Shown here piece by piece: positions 23,842 through 35,426 of a stretch of DNA of 64,000 nucleotides. Where the stretch lies: NCBI GenBank assembly GCA_001179505.1, contig CDMY01000436.1, positions 315,607-379,606 on the forward strand, in the 5' to 3' direction. Position 1 is the stretch's first letter. The number at the start of each line of letters is the position of its first letter. This DNA comes from Vitrella brassicaformis CCMP3155 (taxonomy: Eukaryota > Protista > Chromerida). Under the pieces are notes generated by a model. That model was not told where the DNA came from and did no database searches. It was given only the letters and a program-made list of their open reading frames with translations. The position numbers and the translations under genes were made by a program.

Positions 23842-26800
23842 GATGCCGTCGCCTTCTGCGAGACAGCTTCGGGTGACCATCGTCAAGGGAGACTGCAGCC
23901 CTACCACCATCCCGCCTCCCAAGCCGCCGCACAACACATACGTCGCCATCAAGTGCGGCGAGCAGCGGCAGACCACCACACTCGCGCCAACCGGCAAGGT
24001 GTGTGAATGGAACGAATCGTTCTTCTTCGATTATCCGCCTGCCGAGGATGGCCGGATGTGGCGACTGTCGTTTCTGGGCATGACGAGGGGGCCTGACGGG
24101 AAAGAAGTGTGTATTGGCAGAGACGGGCTGACCTATGAGCCGCAGAGCGAAGGCCCCACCAGGGCAGAGATTGTCACGCTGATGAATGAGGTGAGGGGAA
24201 AAGCCCCCTCTGTCTGATCTATCTGTGTGTTTATTTGTGGGCATGCCATGCAGTCAGGGGAGATCAGTGGCCGTCTTGAGGTTGAGTACGGTCTCGTCAA
24301 CCCGTCGGAATGGGAGGCGGACATTCCTCCCGTCGACGAGACCGCCACCCTTGAAGAGGCCCTCGCAGCCGGCAAAGCTTACGCACGTACGTATATAGCT
24401 GCCACAAACCTTGCTTACTCATCATTGTGTTGCATACACTGGTTGCAGAGCGTCACCGGGGCGCTTCATCTCAGAACGATCCCGAAGTCCCTTCCTCGCC
24501 GCCCCCCGTCCACAGTGAAGACGCCCATGAATACAGGGACACGGCAGATGAGTCACAAGCATTGTCCAACCCCAAGGCGGTGGCGCAGCGTGCGATAGCT
24601 GCCGTGACCGACTACATCGCCATGCAGAACGCCCAGGCGATGGAGCAGGAGCAGATCGAGGAGCTGCTCAAGTCACCGAGGACAAAGACGGCCTGCAAGA
24701 GGCTCGGCTTCAAACCGGTCGATCTCAGACCGAAAAAGTAGAAAAGGATCGAAAACACAGACCACTGCTGCCATGCACTAGTACGATTTCCCTTTAAGCA
24801 GGCTGGAGGATTTCTTTGTGCGTGGCGAGGCCGAGGAGAAACAGCAGGTGCGGTTCGAGTATGCCGAAAGAAAGCGGCAGCAGCGGCTCAACCAGGTGCT
24901 GGACGAGCGTGACAAGCTGCTCGAAGACCCCATGGCCGCCACAACATACTCACAGGAGGAGGGCGGGGATGCGCGGCTGGCCGAGTCGATGACCATGAGC
25001 TTCCTGCACCATCAGTCACAGGGCTCTGATACCCTCACCAGCCAGCAGCTGTCCTCGCTCAACGCCATCGAGCAGCTCATGGACAGGTGGGTGTGGTGTG
25101 CTCGCCGAATCAGTGAGCGTGTCGTGAGACACAAGGGCTGTCTTTTATGTCAGGGAGGCGAGGCGGCTCGAGCAGGAGCTGAGGCGGGAGCTGCGATATC
25201 ACTCGATGATCGAGCAGGAGAACCAGAGCCAGGTGACTGACTGTGGGAGGGAAAGAGGAGGCACAACAGCTCATTTGCAGCATTCTTCCTTCCTTTCCTT
25301 CGTGTGTCGTGCATGCCATGCAGTTGGTGCGTGAGAAGGAGTTGCAGGACAGATTGGCGCGGATCGCAGAGAAGCAGGCCAGGTCGAGGGAACACATCGC
25401 ACTCAAAGCACAACGGGTAACCAACCACCCATTCATCCGGCCAGCCAGATGAGTGTCGCATCGACTCCATCGACCGTCTGTTTCTTCGTTTATCTTGGTT
25501 CACACACAGGTCAAGGATGCCGAGAGCGCCAGGAAGGAGCGAAGTGCTGAGTTGCAGGCACAGCTCAGCGAGTCCTTCAAACGCAAACAGCAGGAGCAAG
25601 AAGAGGTAGGTCAGTGAGTGAACTAGTGTGCGATTCGACATCATCATCCCACCGCTCCCTCCGTCTCTCTGCACACAATGGCAGCGTCAGTATGAGTCTG
25701 AGCAGCGTATGGAGCAGCTGCAGCAGAGCCGTGTGTCGTACTCCACCCTCCAGTCGGACCTCTGGCGCGCCAAGCGGCAGGACATGCTGAGGCGGCAGGA
25801 GGAGGCGGCCGTCGACAGGGCCATTCGCGGCGAGCAGTACATCGGCAGGTACCAGGCGCGGGTGTCCACCTTCGAGCAGAGGAAGGCCATGCACGACAGG
25901 CAGAAGAAAATGCTCAACGCCACACAAGAGATCAGGTACACACAAACACACAGACTCACAGAGAGAGACACATATATTGCCCATTGGTGTGCGCACGTGT
26001 GTGTCTGCAGGTACTTGGAGCAGCAGGAGCGGCTGTCGAAGCTCAAAGAGGATGCCAAGCGGCGGCGGGACAGCCTGATGGCAAAGATCAAGGCCAGGGA
26101 GGAGCAGATTGAGACACTCGAGATGCTCAAGAGCCAAATCATCATGCAAAGGAAGGCCCGCAGCATCCAACAGGCCGCCCTGCGGTCGACAGGCATCAGC
26201 CTCAAAAAGATGGGCCCAGGGCCTTACCTTGGGCCGCACTCGGTATGTATGTATGTGTTCAAGGAAACAAACGCCAGCGCACATTGATCGATATATGCAC
26301 GTTCGATCGTCTGTCGGTTGCTGGCTGGGTCAGATATCGAGCCTGGGCGAGCAGAGAGCGCCCAAGATAGCCACGACATCGGTATGCGCCGCGCCCCAAT
26401 GGCGAGACACCACATGAGCTGTGTGCATGTTTTTCTTTGATTTGATCGGTACCAGCCTCCCAGCTTTATCGATGTGGTCCAAAAGATGAAGCGGGACGTG
26501 CCCGCACCTGGCATATACAACGTGACGGTACGTACGGTACCTGTGTACGAACACACGGTCAGACAGAAAAAAAGCGCAGCTCAGCCCGTCTGTCTGTCTG
26601 TCTCCGTGACATGGCATCCATGTCAGGTGTCGACAAAGGGCGCTAAGTCGTGGGGCGAGGGTCCGCGGGCGGTGATGCCCAAGGCAACCGGCATGACCTT
26701 CTCCGACCAGGCAGCTAGAATCGCAAAGAGCATTCCGGGGCCGGGCACATACAAAGCGTGAGACGCCGGCCACTCACCCACCCACAAACACGCACAATAA

Positions 26801-27191
26801 GAGAGACACGATGGCAGCAGAGTTGTCCCTGCCTGTGTGTGCGGTTCGATTCGATTCAGCCCGTCGACCACACTGGCTGGCTTGTCGCCTGTCAAGCTGA
26901 GCCCCGAGTATTTTCCCCAGAAGAACCCCGAGAAGCAGCTCAAAGACACGCGATCCACCGCCAGACTACAGGTAAGCAAATGTAAGCAAATGTGGCCACT
27001 CAGATCACGGATGGATGGATGGATGGGTGGGTGGATGAGTGCATTCATCTGTCTGTGGTTTTGTGTCTGTGCAGAAGTCGGAGGACCCCGGCCCCGGTTC
27101 GTATTCGACGGATGGGTACATCAAGGCTGCGGGGAGGATGAAGACCAACCAGTCCCTCCCGCTGCTCAAGAAAGCCATGCAACTCATATGA
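23842..27191 (+). CDS. C2 domain + long coiled-coil + PGPGxY (SHIPPO-1/ODF3-type) repeat protein
   Basis: C2-like N-terminus: LRVTIVKGD...NTYVAIKCGEQRQTT...CEWNESFFF...RLEVEYG. E/K/R/Q-rich coiled-coil exons span 24800-26200. C-terminal repeats GPGPYL, VPAPGIYN, IPGPGTYK, DPGPGSYS; stop after KKAMQLI. The last exon is uncertain. Confidence 0.75.
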
Positions 27192-27861
27192 CAGCCAACC
27201 GGTTTCCCTCGGTCCGTCCTGCTGTCAAGCCGTCAGTGTGCTGCACTGTATGTGTGTATGTGTTTGTGTGTCGAGCAGACATTCGCTTTGCTGGGGGACT
27301 CGTGGTGTGTGTGTGTTGAAGAAGAGAGAAATGTGATGGTGCAGTGCCTGCGACTCACTGGCTCCATATCCCATCGCACAGTGATGATGATACATGGATC
27401 GATCTGTCTGTAGATGGGATGGGTGCACTGCACTGCACGACTGAATGAATGGATGAATCATATAATGAAATAAATGACCGGTGGGTGGGTGCGGGGAATA
27501 CATATTTGTCGCTGGCTGGCTTCGGTCAGTGGTAGCGTGATCAATGAGTGGGTCAGGTCAGTCAACACATGAATGTGATCAGATCGGCCGGTTCCGTCTA
27601 GCTATACACAAATTGTCACACACATACATGCACACATACACACACAGACACAGACTCAGACACAGACACAGACATGCATTCACTGTCCATCCATCCATCG
27701 ATCAGCCCAAGGTTCCCACACCGACCGACACCCACCCCCACCCCCACCCCTGAATGAATTACAAATAGCCATCCATCCATGGCATGGACAATGAACCACA
27801 CCCAACAGACAACAAAGCCGCCCTTCATTCATTCACTCAATACACACACACCATCCATTAG

Positions 27862-28800
27862 TCAGTTCGGTGCCGCCTGCTCCGCCCTCTTGCGCATCGA
27901 TGACATCAGGTCACCCTGGTGAGATGCCCTCCCGTCCGACCCGTTCCCCTGACTTTCGTTCGTCTCAGCCTCTCCCTGCTGCCCCTTTCCCTCGGCAGAC
28001 TCGTCACCACCTGAACCTGAAGCAGATCTATCATCCTTCGGTCCATCCTGCCCCGAGACACTCTCGCTGTCGGCGAAGCCTTCAGGATCGTCCCACTCTG
28101 AATCATCATCGACAAAGTCATCATCGTCGCCCGCCGTGTCCTCCTCCTCTTCCTCCATCTGCTCGTCAACCTCCTTGGCCCACTCTTCGTCGTCAGACCC
28201 GGCGCGGTTGAACATGGCCTTGGCTTTGGCCTGTGGGCCGACATGCAGCACCTGCTCGCCGGGGAAGAGCTCCAGGACGGTGCCCTTGCCCTTCAGCCGG
28301 CCCCTCCTGCTCCTCGTGCCAGCGAGGTGAGGGGTGAGCATCTGGATGTGTGACCGGGTCCAGTCGTGGGCGGACTGAGAAAGCAAGTAGATGTGAAAGA
28401 CCAGAAAAGCTGCCCAACCTACACACAACACACGCCAGGCAGGCAGGCAGGCAGGCAGTCAAAGGATGGAAAGATGTACACAGTGTGTGTGTGTGTGTGT
28501 GTGACACTGTGACTCTCTCTCGTAGTACATACCAGCAACGATGACCCAGAAGCATGAGCGCACGATGTTAAAGCCCATCGAGGGATCATGGAGGCCCGCA
28601 CAGCCGTGTTCTTCTGGCTGCTACCTCTCTTCCTTGTGTGCCTCGCGATCACTCGCTGTCGTCCATCAGCACCAGCGGCAGCACAGCAGCATTTGGCACC
28701 TGTAGGATCAAAGTCGTGAAAGGCGGAGTACGGCGGAAAGAGAACCTGCCTCCCGGGGAAGATGCGAGGCTCCGATGAGGCATCTGGAGTGCGAGCTTTG
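27862..28800 (-). CDS. Unknown membrane protein with acidic low-complexity C-terminus; 5' end unresolved
   Basis: Phase-consistent exons QPEEHGCAGLHDPSMGFNIVRSCFWVIVA|GWAAFLVFHIYLLSQ (hydrophobic), then EEEEEDTAGDDDDFVDDDSEWDD...QAAPN*. Confidence 0.5.
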
Positions 28801-29189
28801 GGTTTTCGTTGAGGTGTTGGGAAGGTGTAAGGGGGATTCAAGGATGCGCCAGATTGCGGCCGAGAGCGATGTGCAAAGGCCGTCGCCGACTTCGCGACGA
28901 GCCGGCGTGCAGCCGCCACCAGCGGGTGCGATGAGTGTGAGCGGCAGTGGCGCTGCCGCTGCCGAGTCTCAAGCCGCTGACTTTAGCCACGCGCATACGC
29001 ACACCCTTGCAGTGTGGAAGCGAAAGGGCTCCTTCTTGACCAAACACGATGGCGTTGCGGGTGAGTCAGCCTGGCACCACTGATGCGACGATGTAGAGCA
29101 GTGTGTGTTGAATTGTGTTGGATGACGTGACTGACGTCTGTCTGTGTGTCTGTGTGTCTGTGCGTTTGGTTGGTGTGCTCTGCGCAGGG

Positions 29190-32167
29190 ATGGTGTGCAA
29201 TTTTGTGCCGGGAGTTTTCTGCGCAGTTGGCGTCGTCTTGCTGGTCAGTGAGTGAGCGGCACGTGCAGTGGGTGCAGTGGGTGCAGTGCAGTGCAGTGCG
29301 CGTGACGACGTTTGTGTGCGTCCGTCTTGTGCTTGGCGTGTTTGTTGCTCACTCAGGTAGTGGAGGAGTACATTCCCACCACAATGCGGTCACGGCAAAA
29401 CATCGCAGTACTGACGCACTCTGACAGACAGACAGACAGACAGACAGACGGAGGCAGGCAGGGAGGGAGGCGCGTGTCCACTTACTTTCTCACCCACCGC
29501 ATACATATGGCATTCATTCTGTCGATCCGTTCGTTTGTTTGTTTGTCAGTCTTTAGTGAGTTCGGTCTTCTCGTTCGGCAAGATCCTGGAGCTGGTGCCG
29601 CTGGTCATCAAGATGCTCGACAGCAAACAACGCCCCTCGCCACTGCCAGGCATACTCAGCAGCGCAATGGTAGGTACCACACACACAACACAACACAAGA
29701 AACACACCACTCTCTCCCTCCCTCTCTCTCTCTCTGTGGCTCATGACTTCATTCAATTGTCCGTCCATCCATCCCTTCGTTCAGGCGGCCCACTGCTGGT
29801 GTGCCTGGATGGTGTCTGCCCCCTACCTGTCCCTCCTCGTGCTGCTCAATCTCATCACCCTCACCCTCTCCTACTTCTTCAACTTCGGCGTCATATTCGC
29901 CAGCAGAAAGCACTGCAGCAAGAGGGCTCAAGCGGCACCAAGCCAGACGGGCGGTGTTGGTGTTGGTATGGGCCAGTGGCTGGGCAGGTGGCGGTGGGTG
30001 GTCGCACTGGGGCAGCTCATCCAGGTGGGTAGGTGGGGTGGGTGAGGAGGCAGGCAGGCAGGCAGGTCAGCGTCTCTGTTAGTTAGATGGTCGTTGGATT
30101 TGTGGTGTCTGTCTGTCTGTCTGTCTGTCGGTTCCTTCCTTCCTTGCTTGCTGTAGGCGTTGGTGTGTCTGGGTGTGTGCCTTCGCGAGTGGGGTGCGGC
30201 AGCGGGCAACAGCGACGGGCTCGCCTTGAACGCATTCGAGTAACCAACAAACACAAGCCTCTGCGACTTGACTGACTGAATGATTGATTCATCGGGTGCC
30301 TGTCTGTATGGCTGTGTGTCTGTCTGTCTGCCTGTCTGTGGGTCTGTTTGGATGTGCGTGTTGATTGGTGCGCTACGCCCAGGGGCGTGTTGCTGTATGC
30401 CTTCGCGTCGTGCACTCTGAGCGTGGCCATCATCGACGAGCACACACAGGTCAGTCGGGTTGCTCAAACAGACTACCACGTCCCTCCCGTCCACAGACAG
30501 ACATGTGGTTGATGCGTTTTGATGTCTTGTGTTGTGTTGCTGACAGGGCTACCGTGGAGGCATGTGTGTGTTCCTCTTCGTGGCACACGTGCTGGCCGTG
30601 GTCGGGCTGTACAGCCTCGCCACACACACCAAGCGAGCCGCGCTGTTCGCGGACGTGAGCTGCCGCACGCACCGACTATCATCCGCCACCTGTGTGATTG
30701 TTCGTTCCTGGTGTCTGTCCATCGGTCAGCTGGTGCTGTGGTGGTTCGTGTCTGAGCTGGGCATCACCGCAGGAGCACACAGGCGAGCACCACACACACA
30801 CACACACACACATATACACATACACACACACATACAGACACACACAACACACACGTGTGTTGCGAGAGACAGGTGATGTGGGTGTGTGGGTATGTGCAGG
30901 TTGTGGGCTCATCGCAGCTACGAGGCGTCATGGGAGGCCCGGCTGGTGCTGCTTGTGTGGAACTGCATCGCCAACCAGGGCAGCATCTACCACTGGGTGG
31001 GCGGGCGATGGATGGGATGCAGTACACGCCCACAGCACAATCATGCCCTATCTATCGGTTGGTTGGTCGTCAGGCCCGAGATCACCGTGTGCATCATCGG
31101 TACTCGGAGACCGACAAGGACCCCCACAACGCCAAGAGAGGATTCTGGTCAGCCAGCCAAGCCATACACACAAGCCGTGCCGGGGCGTATGTGTGTAATT
31201 GTGTCTATATGTGTGTGTTTCTGGGCGGTCGGTATGTATGGTGTCTGTCTGTCTGTCTTACAGGTATGCCCACATGGGTTGGCTGTTGCTCGAGAAGCCG
31301 GCGGCCGTCAAGGAGGCCGGCCGTCAGGTGGACTGCAGCGACCTCTTGGCCGATCCCTTGGTGCGCTTCCAGAAGAGCTACGCATGGATCAACCAACTCA
31401 TGTGCTTCGGTGTGTACGCCACGCCAGACACAACGGCACGGCACAGCGAGACAGGGATGCATGTGATGTGATGTGCAGAGGTATGTCTGTATGTCTCTGT
31501 GTGTGTGTGTGTGCATGGTAAGGTCTGCCGGTGCTGTGGGCCTACTGGCGGTATGGCAATGGGTGGACTGGCTTCGTGGTGCTCGGCGCGCTGAGGTGGA
31601 TCCTCGTCCTGCACTGCACTTGGTCGGTAACGACCCGCACGCACAAACCTCCACACCCACCCCTTCACACGTCTGTCTGTCTGTTCGCGATGAGCAGGTT
31701 GGTCAACTCCGCCGCCCATCTGTGGGGCTCTCACCCGTACAGCGCTTCCATCAATCCGGCCGAGAACACCGCAGTGGCGGTGCTGTCGTCGGGCGAGGGC
31801 TGGCACAACTGGCACCACACATACCCGTTCGACTATGCTTGCAGGTGCGCACCGGGATGGATGGATGGATGTGCAGGGAGAGAAGTGTGTGTGTGTGTTT
31901 GTGTTTGTGTGTGGATGGATGGATGGATGGATGGCTGGTTGTCAGTGAGTACGGTGTGGGCCGTCAGTGGAACCCCACAAAGCTTGTCATCGACACCATG
32001 GCGGTGCTCGGATGGGTACCCTACCCTACACACACACAGACGTCCACAGACGTACACTGCTATGTATCTGTGTGTGTGCTATGGTATGTGTGGTGCAGGT
32101 GAAGGGCCGCCGGCGTGCCACGAAGTTTTGGCACCAGGCGCAGGTAGCAAAGGCCAGGCGGCGGTAG
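29190..32167 (+). CDS. SCD: Delta-9 acyl-CoA/acyl-lipid desaturase (SCD/Ole1 type) with extra multi-TM N-terminal module
   Basis: Three His boxes: GAH|RLWAHRSY, RDHRVHH, EGWHNWHH; also DPHNAKRGFW|YAHMGWLL and LVNSAAHLWG. Upstream hydrophobic exons splice in frame. The true start may be further upstream (28931 or 28844). Confidence 0.9.
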
Positions 32168-32413
32168 CAGGCAGACAGACAGACAGGCAGCCAGGCAGCC
32201 AGGCAGGCAGGTTGCCACGTCCCAATGAACGAACGAACGTATGCATCTGTAGCTATCTATGTGTCTTTTGTCTCTTTTTATGTATTGTATACGAACGTGT
32301 AAGTCGTCGTCAGTGAGTGAGGAGGGAGTGAGGAGAGCGGGCCTGCCTGTTTAGGGCGTTTTGCGATTTTGACGGTCTTGTCTGTCTTTTGTCGGGGGTT
32401 GGGGGGGTTGGGG

Positions 32414-32713
32414 NNNNNNNNNNNNNNNNNNNNNNNNNNNNNNNNNNNNNNNNNNNNNNNNNNNNNNNNNNNNNNNNNNNNNNNNNNNNNNNNNNNNNNN
32501 NNNNNNNNNNNNNNNNNNNNNNNNNNNNNNNNNNNNNNNNNNNNNNNNNNNNNNNNNNNNNNNNNNNNNNNNNNNNNNNNNNNNNNNNNNNNNNNNNNNN
32601 NNNNNNNNNNNNNNNNNNNNNNNNNNNNNNNNNNNNNNNNNNNNNNNNNNNNNNNNNNNNNNNNNNNNNNNNNNNNNNNNNNNNNNNNNNNNNNNNNNNN
32701 NNNNNNNNNNNNN
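32414..32713. other. Assembly gap (300 N)
   Basis: Run of N flanked by G-runs. Confidence 1.
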
Positions 32714-35400
32714 GGGGGAGGGGGGGGCTGAGTTGGATGTACATACATATGTAATAGCACCGTTGATTGGTTTTGCCTGCCTGCCTCATTGATTGATTGC
32801 ATTGATTGCCACATCACTGTGCGCATATTTATCGTCCATCATGGTTTTTCTTCGGGGTGACTGGATAGATGGATGGATGGATGGATAGGTACTCGTGTGC
32901 ATGCATGTGTGTGTCTGTGCGTGTCTGTCTGTCTGTTGATCGCATCGACCAAGTCGATCGATGTCAAACATGTTATGTGTGTGCTTTGTGTGTGAGAGTG
33001 ATGCGTGCATCGATTGGATGAGGGACAGACGCTTTATAGGACTCTCGGACTCTCTCTACAACTCTTTTTGACTGCATGCTGCGAATTTGCCAAAGCCCGA
33101 CACACCGAGATGCCGACCCACGTGTGTGTGTGTGTGTGTGTGTGGTGTGAATGTGTGTGGTGTTGGGGAAAGACGCACGTGTGCCCACAGACGGTTATTG
33201 TCCATGTGCGTCTATTGTCAGACAGACAGACAGACAGTCATGAGCCATGAGTCGTGCACGTTTGACCTAAATGACCAAACCGCGTGGCGTGACGGACGGA
33301 TAATAATGTAACGACTGACTGCACACACATCACATCAATCACATCAATCACATGAACCAACCAACCAGCGACACCAACACAGCAACAACGACACGGCCAC
33401 ACATACACGCATGGCATGGCATGGCATGGCATGGAGGGATCCATCTCATTCATTCAAACATGCATTCAGCTAGTGATGCACGCACACAGAGCACACGGAC
33501 TATGTCACCTCACACACAAAGGAAGCGAAGCAAGTGGGCTGGGCGGGCGACAGGGAGGGAGGGGGACGGGGACGGCGTGGAGGGAGGGAGGGAGGGAGGG
33601 AGCGGGAGATTCGTATGGACGCCCTTATGGACACACACACACACAGACACTCTCACACTCTCACACACCCCACGCCAGCACACGCACCGCACGAGGACGG
33701 ACGTTTCTATCGCTGTACAGCCAGGACAGGACACACCAGACAAGAAATGTGGGCGGGCAGGGCAGGGCGGGGCGGCAGTGAGGGAGGCAGGCAGGCATGC
33801 AGGCAGATCAAGAGAGGAGAGAGGGGTGGTACTATCGACACAGACAGACAGACAGGCAGAGAGGAGAGGAGACAGGCAGAAAGTGCTGGAGGGGAGGGGA
33901 GGGATGAGATATGGATGGTTTGTCTGACGGATGGATAAATAGACTTCACACACACCGATGCGATAGATGACGCATATGCAAACTCTGTCTAAAGCACACG
34001 GACACTCAGGCGCACGCACCCTTTCATGCTATCTGTATATGGCACACCCAAAGGGAGAGGGAGAGGGAGAGGAGAGAGGGAGACCTTAGAAACAAAGGCA
34101 GGCATGGAATGGCATGGAATGGAGAATGGATGGATGGATGGACCCATGTCATGTATCACAGCAGCAGAAACACAGACAGACGGACAGACAGACAGACACT
34201 CTATGTGGTGATGCATGGGTACTTATCTATGTGTGTCTAGATCAATCAATCAATCTCAACGCAAACAACAATAGGATAGATAGGCGGTTGACGGCCACAT
34301 ACCCACACACACACACACACAGACATCATAAAAACAAGCGCCGGCCGCCCCCTAATAATATGGGCTGACCAACTGACTGACTGACTGATATCATAATCAT
34401 GTTCGTTCAGCAAAACAACCAGCCCTTCCCCCCACTCCCCACTCCCCACCGCCCGCCCGCCCGTCTGCCTGCCTGCCCGGCCGTCTCTCTTTGTGGTGAT
34501 ATCTCTCTCTCCGTGTGTGTGTCTGTCTGTCGTTGTCACGACAAGACGACAGTACTAGGGAGGGAGGGAGGGAGGGAGGAAGAGGTAGATGTGTGGATGC
34601 GTTCACATCCCGGAGGTGGACACCGATGACTGACGGCAGACAGAGAGAGACGCGAGCCAGCACACAGGTTCGTCATTCTTCACATGAGAGACAGAGAGGG
34701 AGAAAGAGAGAGACTGGCTGCCCAGCCATTGGGTCAAGGAGGAAAAGCAGAGAAAATCAAATAGGGAAACATGAAAACATGGACCCAGGCAGTGACTGAG
34801 TGAATGGAGAGAGAGAGAGAGAGGCAAGAAACAAGGAATCCTCCATCCATCCATCCGTCCATCGTTCAGCCAAGCCAGGCCATATGGGCGAGCCAGTCGA
34901 GTCGGTCGAGCTGTCCCAGGGGATAAATATAGACAGACAGACAGACGGATTCACACGCGCGCGCAAGTACACGCACATACGATACACATCCACACACACA
35001 CACACACACAGACACGCTTACGCAGCACTTATTTGGTAGCAGGAGCAGCAGCCACGGAAAAAGAGCAGCAATACAATTATCAGCAGCCGGATCCATCCGA
35101 GTGTGGGTGTGAGTGTCTATGCTATGCCGGCCATCAGTCAGGCTGACGCGCAAGGCCCAAAACTAGAAACACCTACCTAGCCACACGCCCCCCTCCCCTC
35201 CCCCCCCACCCACCCCTCACCCAACACACACACACAGCGCCCCTTTGCACACACCGCACACACGCAGACACCAACCAACCAACCAACACACAAGAGAAAC
35301 CTCCGGCCCGGCCGGCCGGAGTCCATCAAAACCCACAAGCCGCGCCCCCTTTCGCTCGCCAAGTGGGTGTGATGAGATGAGATGAGATGAGATGAGATGA
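32714..35400. repeat. Microsatellite-rich non-coding tract
   Basis: (GGAT)n, (CAGA)n, (CA)n, (GAGG)n, (GATGA)n and (CATGG)n arrays; the ORFs here are translations of these repeats. Confidence 0.75.
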
Positions 35401-35426
35401 GGTGAGGTGAGACAAGAGGAGATCGA

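Noticed and set aside
32278-32826. ORFs containing long X runs (also 62760-63449)
   Set aside because: Artefacts of translating across N gaps.
32714-35400. Numerous 60-190 aa ORFs (HTHTHT, DRQTDRQ, MDGWMDG, CVCVCV)
   Set aside because: These are translations of microsatellites; the same applies to most short ORFs in the track and to antisense shadow ORFs over GC-rich exons.
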